A stretch of DNA of 32,000 bases from contig NZ_CP074694.1 in assembly GCF_018398935.1 (NCBI RefSeq), forward strand, positions 2,790,001 through 2,822,000. Direction: 5' to 3'. The position numbers and the translations under genes are program-made. Under the pieces are notes generated by a model that saw only the letters and a program-made list of their open reading frames with translations, made no database searches and had not been told where the DNA came from. Of the stretch, positions 25,564 to 32,000 are shown in pieces. Position 1 is the stretch's first letter. Every line of letters begins with the position of its first letter. This stretch comes from Telmatocola sphagniphila (GTDB taxonomy: Bacteria; Planctomycetota; Planctomycetia; Gemmatales; Gemmataceae).

Positions 25564-26430
25564 ATGCAGATAGATGGTCTCGAGGAAAGCGATAACGTAG
25601 AAGATCAGAGAGGTCGAGGGCCTGCCGTCGGCGCCACCGTCGGCGGCGGCGGATTGATCATCCTGGTGCTTGCCTTGATATTTGGCGTCAATCCCCAGCA
25701 ACTTGCCGGTCTGGTGGGCCAAAAAGGCGGCGGGGGTGGAGGCGGCGGCCAACAACGAGAAGTCGTAGAAACCGAACAGAGCTCAAAGGCCAAGAAACTC
25801 GTAAGCGTGGTGCTTCGCGATACCGAAAAAGTTTGGGACGAACAGTTCGCCAAGCAGGGATTGAGAAGCTACCCGAAACCCAAGTTGACCATTTTCTCCG
25901 GTTCAATCAAATCGGCTTGCGGCAATGCCGACGCGGCCATGGGTCCCTTTTACTGCCCTGGCGACAAACACGTTTACATCGATTTGGATTTCTTCAATGA
26001 GATGGAGAAACAGCTTCGCATTCCCGGCGAATTCCCCCGGGCTTACGTGATCGCGCACGAAGTGGGCCACCACGTTCAGAACCTCACCGGCTACTCCCAG
26101 AAAGCGGATGCCGCTCGAGGGACCAGCAAAGAAAACGAAATGTCCGTGCGACTGGAATTGCAGGCAGACTATCTGGCGGGCGTCTGGGCCTTCAACGCCA
26201 AGGATCGCTTCAAGATCGATCCCAATGACGTGGAACAAGCCATTAATGCCGCAAAGCAGATTGGCGATGATACCCTGCAAAGAAACGCTACCGGCCGAGT
26301 ACGACCAGAAAAATTCACCCATGGAACTTCCGCTCAGCGCATGCGATGGTTCAAACGCGGTTTTGAAACGGGCGATTTCAGCAAAGCGGCTTTGGATAAG
26401 TTGTTCACCACACCTTATACCGATCTCTAA
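25564..26430 (+). CDS. YpfJ-family neutral zinc metallopeptidase
   Basis: The N-terminal EESDNVEDQRGRG, a Gly-rich TM/linker, and the HEVGHH zinc motif are typical of the YpfJ (Zn_peptidase) family. Confidence 0.8.
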   Translation: MQIDGLEESDNVEDQRGRGPAVGATVGGGGLIILVLALIFGVNPQQLAGLVGQKGGGGGGGGQQREVVETEQSSKAKKLVSVVLRDTEKVWDEQFAKQGLRSYPKPKLTIFSGSIKSACGNADAAMGPFYCPGDKHVYIDLDFFNEMEKQLRIPGEFPRAYVIAHEVGHHVQNLTGYSQKADAARGTSKENEMSVRLELQADYLAGVWAFNAKDRFKIDPNDVEQAINAAKQIGDDTLQRNATGRVRPEKFTHGTSAQRMRWFKRGFETGDFSKAALDKLFTTPYTDL

Positions 26431-26451
26431 TTCGCTAATTCGAGAAGTACA

Positions 26452-27909
26452 ATGTTCGAAGGTATTCAACGGGGCCTGACCGACGCTTTCAAAAAACTTC
26501 GGGGTCGGGGCAAACTGACTGCCGATAACGTTCGCGAAGGTTTAGGCGAGGTTCGCAGAGCTTTACTCGAAGCCGACGTGAACTTCAACGTCGTCAACGA
26601 ATTCATCGAAAAGGTGGAAGCTCGCTCCGTCGGACAGGAAGTCCTTTCCCGCGTTGACCCTTCCGAACAGATCATCAAGATCGTATTCGACGAATTAGTC
26701 GCTCTCATGGGCCCCGTCGATCATCGCATTCCTTTTGCCAAGGATCGCCCCACGGTCATCATGATGTGCGGTTTGCAGGGAGCCGGTAAGACGACCACTT
26801 GCGGCAAGCTGGCCCTCAAGCTAAAAGCTCAGAACCGTAAAGTTTTGCTGGTTGCTGCTGACTTACAGCGCCCGGCTGCCGTCGAACAGCTCAAAGTCAT
26901 CGGTGGACAGACCGAAACGCCGGTTTATACCGAGGCGACTAATCCAGTCGATGTCTGCCGCAATGCTGTGAACTACGCGAAGATGCAGAATCTCGACACG
27001 GTGATTCTCGATACGGCCGGCCGACTGCATATTGACGAGGAGTTGATCGAAGAACTCAAGCAGATCGACAAGTACGTTAAGCCCGATTCCGTTTTCCTCG
27101 TTTGCGATGCCATGACGGGCCAGGACGCCGTCAATTCCTCCAAGGCGTTCCACGACGCCTTGGAACTTAACGGCGTTATTCTGACGAAACTGGACGGTGA
27201 CGCTCGCGGCGGGGCCGCCCTGAGCATCCGCCAGGTGGCCGGGGTACCGATCAAATTCATCGGCATGGGCGAAAAACTCCAGGCTCTGGAGGACTTCCAC
27301 CCCGAACGCATGGCCAGCCGTTTAATGGGCCAGGGCGACCTGATGGGGTTGGTCGAAAAGGTTTCCCGAGTTCAGCAGGAAATCAGCGAAGAGGAAATCA
27401 AAAAGCAACAGGAGAAACTGGCCAAGGGCAGTCTCACGCTGGAGGATTTTCGGAACCAATTTGTTCAACTTCAAAAAATGGGAATGAAAGACATGATCGG
27501 CATGATGCCCGGCATGTCCGATATGATTCCCAAGGGAGAAGATCCCGAAGTCGCTCTCAAACGAGTTCAGGGAATGATCGACTCGATGACAATGGAGGAA
27601 CGCCGCAATCCGGATTTGATCGATATCCCTCGCCGACGGCGAATCGCGGCGGGCAGTGGCGTTCAGCCCCATGAAGTGAATCAGTTCCTGAAGCAGTTCG
27701 AAGTCGTGCAGAACGTCTTCAAGCAGATGTCTCAGATGAGCATCTGGCAGAGGATGAAGATGATGACCGGCCTGGGCAACATGGGGGCGTTCATGCCCGG
27801 CGGCGAAAATCTTCTGAAACAGATTGGCAAAAAAGGAGACACGGGTCACCGCAAAACCGCCAAAGAACGTGCCGAAGAACGCAAAAAGAAGAAGAAAAAA
27901 GGCCGTTAG
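26452..27909 (+). CDS. ffh: Signal recognition particle protein Ffh
   Basis: N domain, then a G domain (GLQGAGKTTTCGKLA, DTAGR, TKLDGDARGG), then a Met-rich M domain and a basic tail. Confidence 0.97.
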   Translation: MFEGIQRGLTDAFKKLRGRGKLTADNVREGLGEVRRALLEADVNFNVVNEFIEKVEARSVGQEVLSRVDPSEQIIKIVFDELVALMGPVDHRIPFAKDRPTVIMMCGLQGAGKTTTCGKLALKLKAQNRKVLLVAADLQRPAAVEQLKVIGGQTETPVYTEATNPVDVCRNAVNYAKMQNLDTVILDTAGRLHIDEELIEELKQIDKYVKPDSVFLVCDAMTGQDAVNSSKAFHDALELNGVILTKLDGDARGGAALSIRQVAGVPIKFIGMGEKLQALEDFHPERMASRLMGQGDLMGLVEKVSRVQQEISEEEIKKQQEKLAKGSLTLEDFRNQFVQLQKMGMKDMIGMMPGMSDMIPKGEDPEVALKRVQGMIDSMTMEERRNPDLIDIPRRRRIAAGSGVQPHEVNQFLKQFEVVQNVFKQMSQMSIWQRMKMMTGLGNMGAFMPGGENLLKQIGKKGDTGHRKTAKERAEERKKKKKKGR

Positions 27910-27937
27910 TTACTTAAGGCCTTCCGAGGGAATTTTG

Positions 27938-27983
27938 AGGCTGGGGGATTCTTTCAAAGGAGATCCTCCAGCCTGCATTTTTT
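27938..27983 (+). terminator. Rho-independent terminator after ffh
   Basis: AGGCTGGGGGAT (27938-27949) pairs with ATCCTCCAGCCT (27963-27974) with one mismatch and a 13-nt loop, followed by GCATTTTTT. Confidence 0.6.
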
Positions 27984-28049
27984 AATCCTCCCGAGTTCAG
28001 AACGAGTGCCCTTCCTATAATGACAGCTTGTCTCCCAGGAGCTTTTTGA

Positions 28050-28298
28050 ATGTCTGCCGACTCGTCGTCTCGGTTCGCGGTCAAATTGCATCGTAAAGTC
28101 TGTCTGGTCTGGACGGAAGATGTTTTGCTGGCCGAGGAGATGCTGGCTCGCAAAAAGCTAGCCCCGGAGATTGCCGGGCGGCTGACCGATCAGATTCTGC
28201 TGATTCGCCCGGGCCGCGTCGATGCCGTCGTCGCGGAACTCCAGGCGATGGGTCAAACCCCCCGTGTCGTATCTAGCTCCTCAGCCAATCCGGAATAA
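28050..28298 (+). CDS. Small 82-aa protein resembling the linker segment of XPB-helicase N-terminal regions
   Basis: AGGAG lies 8 nt upstream of the ATG, and TATAAT is at 28016-28021. LLAEEMLARKKLAPEIAGRLTDQILLIRPGRVDAVVAELQAMGQTP parallels my recollection of the bacterial XPB segment (..VLEEVLRNKKIAP.LGARIDDDTVIVHPSERG.VKQLLLKIGWPA..). Confidence 0.55.
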   Translation: MSADSSSRFAVKLHRKVCLVWTEDVLLAEEMLARKKLAPEIAGRLTDQILLIRPGRVDAVVAELQAMGQTPRVVSSSSANPE

Positions 28299-28305
28299 TT
28301 TCGAT

Positions 28306-30396
28306 ATGTCGTCGGAAACGAATGCCTCGGATGTGGAAGCGATTCTGACTCGCTATTCCGAATCCCTGCTCCGCAAAGTTGCAGATAAACTTCTCAAACC
28401 ACGCAGCACCTGGCCCATTGAGGATGTCCGCCAGAAGTGCGTGGAAGGTCTCCAAAATCCCATATTGATCGATCGCCGGTTGAAAGATCTTCCGGAGGAT
28501 TGCCGCAAACTTCTCAAAATGGTGAAGGTCAGCAACCAGTCTCTCTGGAGGATCGATCATCTGATTCAATGCCTCGCCAGTCTGGGGCATATTGATGGCA
28601 TCCAACCGGTCCTGAACCTTCTGGAAAGCGGACTAATTTTTCCCGATCTGACATTAGTGACCAATAAGCTCAAAGCCTTCGAGGATTGGCTGGGCCTGTC
28701 GGGAATGCTGTTATCTATTGTCTGGGTACCCAACTCCGTTACCGAGCGATGTGCGGACTTTCCGCTCGGCTTGCCGAACCTGGAAGGCATCTCGGTCGGA
28801 AAAACCCCGGGGGTGGTTGTCGATGGCTGGGAATGGCCGTTGCGGATTGCCGCGGCCTGGCAGAAACTGGATGGCACAACGCTGAAAGTAGCTCAATCCG
28901 GCACCTATTACAAGCGCGAACTGACTAAACTTCAAACCGATTCCGTCCTGAATTCGGCCTTTGCCGTGCCTCTGGTGACTATTCCCGAACCGGGAGTTCT
29001 CGCATTCTCATGGGCCCGACTCCTGGGCATGTTCCGCACCGACAAAACGGAGATTATCTCCCTCGGCTTCAGCGAGATTTGGAAGCAGGATCTGGGAAAT
29101 CTCCTCAAGCGATGTCTCGCGGAGATGCTGCGAATCGTCGATTGGAATCCTGTGGATGGCTATGCGCCGGAAACCGTGGAAGCGGCCACGCCATCGATTT
29201 CCTTATTGATTTTGCTCCTGTTGGCGGAGGTGAAGCCGGATCGGGCCGTTTCCGTGGACGAATTGCAGAGATTTATCGAGGAAAAGCATCCTCGCTGCCA
29301 GGGATCGACACAGGTTCACGCCTACATTCGCGGCCTGATTTACGGCGTCTTCGTCCAGTTACGCATCGTCGAGTTGTTCAATCGACCGGAGGCCGATCTG
29401 ATTCGACTGAGCGATATGGGACGCTGGATACTGCTCGGCGAAAAGAAGCCGGATTTATCTCCCCCTTTCACGCAAACGCTAACCGTTCAACCCAGCGGGG
29501 AAATCATTCTGTTCCGCCAGCACTTACAGGTGTCGCTGGTTGCGGATCTTTCGAGCTTTGCCGTCTGGAAGACCATCGGCTCCGCCTGCACTCTCGAAGT
29601 CGACCCCGATCGTCTCTATCGCGGGCTGGAATCGGGACTGACCTTCACCCAGATCGTTCAGACACTCGAAAAATTTGGCATGTACACGCTGCCGGGCACA
29701 GTCCGCGATTCGATTGGACGCTGGGCCAACAAGTGGGAGCGGGTGACAGTCTTTGCCTCGGCCACTCTGATCGAATTCGTGAAGCCGGAAGATCTGGAAG
29801 ATGCTTTTCGCCGCGGCCTGGTCGCCCAGAAACTGACCGACCGGATCGGCCTGTCCGAAAAAGCCGAGCTGGATTACAAGCACTTTCGATTACTCGCCAA
29901 TCGCGATTACGAGATGCCGCCGCAGCCCTGCGTGGAATTCGACGAAGACGGATTGACCTTCGATGTCATCAGCACTCGGGCCGATTTACTTTTGGAAGCC
30001 GAATTGAAACAACTGTCGGAAGCCCTGCCTTTCAACGGCAATTTCGAACGGCGCCGGTATCGCTTTACGCTCGAACGCTTTCGCAAGATGGCGGATGCCG
30101 GCTGGAATTTGGAGATTCTGGATCGCTGGTGCCGCGAACGAAGCGGCCAGAGCGTTTCCGCCTCGGCCAGCTTACTGTTCGCGCCGCCACTGAATCTCAG
30201 TCTGTCGGCGATCGAAAAATTGGTGATCGCCCTTCCGAGCGATCACATTGCCGATGCCTTGATGCAGTGGCCCACTACGCATCATCTGATCGAGGCTCGT
30301 CTCGGGCCTCGCATGCTGAGTGTCAGCGCCGAAAAGATCGGCGCTTTGAAAACCGAATTGCAAAAGATCGGCATCGAATTGAAACGCGAACTGTAA
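28306..30396 (+). CDS. 696-aa XPB-N-terminal / TFIIH-p52 (Tfb2, Helicase_C_3)-like protein without a motor domain
   Basis: The start is placed at ATG 28306, 7 nt after the small ORF's stop. The track's 28222 extension is Arg-rich junk that overlaps the upstream gene. One module, LTVQPSGEIILF...LEVDPDRLYRGLESGLTFTQIVQTLEKFGMYTLPGTVRDSIGRWANKWERVTVF, follows the pattern shared by p52 and the XPB N-terminal domain. A second, shorter copy is RYRFTLERFRKMADAGWNLEILDRWCRERSGQSV. No Walker A or helicase motifs are present. Confidence 0.6.
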   Translation: MSSETNASDVEAILTRYSESLLRKVADKLLKPRSTWPIEDVRQKCVEGLQNPILIDRRLKDLPEDCRKLLKMVKVSNQSLWRIDHLIQCLASLGHIDGIQPVLNLLESGLIFPDLTLVTNKLKAFEDWLGLSGMLLSIVWVPNSVTERCADFPLGLPNLEGISVGKTPGVVVDGWEWPLRIAAAWQKLDGTTLKVAQSGTYYKRELTKLQTDSVLNSAFAVPLVTIPEPGVLAFSWARLLGMFRTDKTEIISLGFSEIWKQDLGNLLKRCLAEMLRIVDWNPVDGYAPETVEAATPSISLLILLLLAEVKPDRAVSVDELQRFIEEKHPRCQGSTQVHAYIRGLIYGVFVQLRIVELFNRPEADLIRLSDMGRWILLGEKKPDLSPPFTQTLTVQPSGEIILFRQHLQVSLVADLSSFAVWKTIGSACTLEVDPDRLYRGLESGLTFTQIVQTLEKFGMYTLPGTVRDSIGRWANKWERVTVFASATLIEFVKPEDLEDAFRRGLVAQKLTDRIGLSEKAELDYKHFRLLANRDYEMPPQPCVEFDEDGLTFDVISTRADLLLEAELKQLSEALPFNGNFERRRYRFTLERFRKMADAGWNLEILDRWCRERSGQSVSASASLLFAPPLNLSLSAIEKLVIALPSDHIADALMQWPTTHHLIEARLGPRMLSVSAEKIGALKTELQKIGIELKREL

Positions 30397-30402
30397 AGCG
30401 AA

Positions 30403-30756
30403 TCAAGAAACCCACTCAGGCGGTGGGGCGATCGCATCGGTCGGTCGCTTTCCGGCGTCCGGTCGGCCGCTGGTTTTCAGGTGATTAAGCACGCGAACGG
30501 TCATGTCCCCTTCACACTGAATCTGGCAGCTCAGTCGTCCGGATGTAATCCCCCTGGCCTGCAGGATTTCCTTTTCCGCCTTGGTCCATCGACTGGGTTC
30601 CCCGGAAACAAATTCGACCCGACACGTGGTACACCGGGCGTTCCCGCCGCAGGCATGCAGGGCATCGACGCCGGCTTCATCCGTAATGGCCAGGATTAAT
30701 CGCTTGCCTTCGGGCACTTCCACCGCAGGTCCATTTTCGATAATTAACTTCGGCAT
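30403..30756 (-). CDS. 2Fe-2S ferredoxin
   Basis: The start is moved to ATG 30756, which has GGAG about 8 nt upstream followed by an A-run. The Cys pattern is C-x5-C-x2-C-x31-C (HACGGNARCTTCRV ... LSCQI). The track's 56-aa N-terminal extension has no support. Confidence 0.8.
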   Translation of the reverse strand: MPKLIIENGPAVEVPEGKRLILAITDEAGVDALHACGGNARCTTCRVEFVSGEPSRWTKAEKEILQARGITSGRLSCQIQCEGDMTVRVLNHLKTSGRPDAGKRPTDAIAPPPEWVS

Positions 30757-30938
30757 TTTTTTCTCCGATTGTTCAGTAGCTCTGTTGCTTATGATAGGCA
30801 ATTCGCCAAGATAAAAATCTGAGAGGATTCCTCGGAACCGCTGTTTTGATTGCCCGCTCCTGCTCAATGGAGGCCCTACCGGCCGGAGCGGTGACAAATC
30901 TCGACCCGCAAAACTTTGGATCAACGGTAGTACTCTTC

Positions 30939-32000
30939 ATGAATCTGGACAAATTGATGACTGAAAGCAGGAATCCTGCTTCACTCGAAATTCACGATCT
31001 TTCTGCTCTCGACCTCGCCCTATTAATGATAACTGAAGAGGCTCAAGTCCTCCCGGCGATCCGCTTCGAAGTTTCGAAAATCGCCCAGGCCATCGAATTA
31101 ATTTCCGATAGACTGCGTTCCGGCGGCCGCTTAATCTTTCTGGGAGCCGGAACTTCAGGCAGAGTCGGGGCTCTGGTTGCAACCGATTGTCAAACGGTTT
31201 TTGGCACCTCTGCGGAATTGGTTCAAGCCGTCATCGCGGGAGGTCCTTCGGCTTTGAGTTCCGATCGGCCAGAAATCGAAGATCACCCGGAACAAGCCGA
31301 GATCGATCTCAAACAAATTGGCTTAAGTGCTCAGGATGTGCTGGTAGCCACTTCCGCCAGCGGTTGCACTCCGTACGTTCTCGGGGGGCTGAAATATGCC
31401 CGTTCCGTCGCCGCTCTTTCAATCAGCTTGACCTGCACTCCAAATGCCAGCGTGACCCCGCTTTCCGACCTGGTCTTGGAGTCGATTGTGGGACCCGAAG
31501 TGCTTACCGGGGCCACACACTTGAAAGCAGCCACGGCCCATAAAATTGTGCTGAATCTGTTGACCACTGGTTCGATGATCCGACTCGGCCGGACACACGG
31601 AAATCTTCTGGTGGAAACCCGGCCGCTCAATTACAAATTGCGATCTCGCTCCAATCGAATTCTGAGAGCGATCGCCGGGACGACAGAACAGGAAGCCCAT
31701 TCGCTTTTGGAAACTGTTTCGGGAGATTTGAAAACCGCGATAGTCTGTTCCCTTCAAAATGTACCTCAGCAGGAAGCTCGTCTGCTGCTCCTGAAGCATT
31801 CCGGCAAAATTCAATCGGTACTTGGCCGGAACCCCATCCCACTAAACAAATTCGATTATCTGATCGGAATTGACGGCGGCGGGACCAAAACGCACGCCTT
31901 GATATGCGACCTGGAAGGTAGAACCCTGGCGGAAGGCTTCGCCGGGCCTTCGAATATGCAATCGGTCGGCATCTCCAAGGCCACTCACGCACTAGAGGAG
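30939..32000 (+). CDS. murQ: N-acetylmuramic acid 6-phosphate etherase (MurQ, SIS domain) fused to a BadF/BadG/BcrA/BcrD-type sugar kinase; 3' end outside the window
   Basis: This ORF is not in the supplied track because it has no stop before nt 32000. I translated it by hand as 354 open codons. MNLDKLMTESRNPAS..., GGRLIFLGAGTSGRVG, VATSASGCTPYV, VGPEVLTGATHLKAATAHKIVLNLLTTG and GNLLV align along the full length of E. coli MurQ. From nt 31854, DYLIGIDGGGTKTHAL is the phosphate-1 motif of BadF-type GlcNAc/MurNAc kinases. Confidence 0.85.
   Translation, partial: MNLDKLMTESRNPASLEIHDLSALDLALLMITEEAQVLPAIRFEVSKIAQAIELISDRLRSGGRLIFLGAGTSGRVGALVATDCQTVFGTSAELVQAVIAGGPSALSSDRPEIEDHPEQAEIDLKQIGLSAQDVLVATSASGCTPYVLGGLKYARSVAALSISLTCTPNASVTPLSDLVLESIVGPEVLTGATHLKAATAHKIVLNLLTTGSMIRLGRTHGNLLVETRPLNYKLRSRSNRILRAIAGTTEQEAHSLLETVSGDLKTAIVCSLQNVPQQEARLLLLKHSGKIQSVLGRNPIPLNKFDYLIGIDGGGTKTHALICDLEGRTLAEGFAGPSNMQSVGISKATHALEE

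Noticed and set aside
28222-28305. Upstream extension of the p52-like ORF overlapping the 82-aa gene; possible frameshifted fusion of the two genes
   Set aside because: The extension (MPSSRNSRRWVKPP...) looks non-coding. The 82-aa ORF has its own RBS and ends cleanly 7 nt before ATG 28306. I could not exclude a historical fusion, but nothing in the sequence requires a frameshift.
30757-30924. 56-aa N-terminal extension of the ferredoxin ORF
   Set aside because: The internal ATG at 30756 is preceded by GGAG plus an A-run, and it yields a normal-length 117-aa 2Fe-2S ferredoxin. The extension is Arg/Ser/Pro-rich.
30937-31992. Track ORFs 30937..31182(-), 31187..31543(+), 31331..31630(-), 31419..31814(-), 31627..31992(-)
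   Set aside because: All of them overlap the hand-translated MurQ-kinase frame (30939..32000). That frame has full-length family similarity, while these are Arg/Ser-rich off-frame or antisense shadows.
1-32000. Searched by eye for CRISPR repeats, IS or transposase/integrase genes, phage genes, toxin-antitoxin pairs, rRNA or tRNA, and long direct repeats
   Set aside because: None were recognised. The window looks like core chromosome rather than an accessory or defence island. Dispersed short repeats would need a computational self-alignment to exclude.

Overview
This is a densely coding chromosomal window with mid-50s % GC by eye. I support 26 protein-coding genes and found no rRNA, tRNA, CRISPR array, transposase or integrase. 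The gene content (fused AroD-AroE, a futalosine-pathway MqnD homologue, a Zn-ribbon tail-anchored hypothetical, many genes without a Shine-Dalgarno) suggests a Planctomycetota-like genome; that assignment is inference only.

Housekeeping genes I recognise: aroDE, holB-tmk, bpt, dnaK, pheA, a DAHP synthase, tpiA, a ypfJ-like peptidase and ffh. There is also a truncated copper-amine-oxidase-like gene at the left edge. At the right edge sits a MurQ etherase fused to a BadF-type sugar kinase. That ORF is missing from the supplied ORF track because it has no stop codon inside the window.

Best candidates for undescribed biology:
1. Two paralogous membrane-anchored dynamin-like GTPases with an unusual DxPD switch II. 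Each is operonic with one half of a split polar-amino-acid ABC importer: the SBP-permease fusion at 4625..6166 and the ATPase at 16329..17066.
2. A two-gene operon (28050..30396) of an 82-aa protein and a 696-aa protein. Both look like XPB-helicase N-terminal / TFIIH-p52 modules, but no helicase motor is present in the window. The large gene also carries an exceptionally long open alternative reading frame.

All family assignments come from motif recognition by eye. None were verified by database search.
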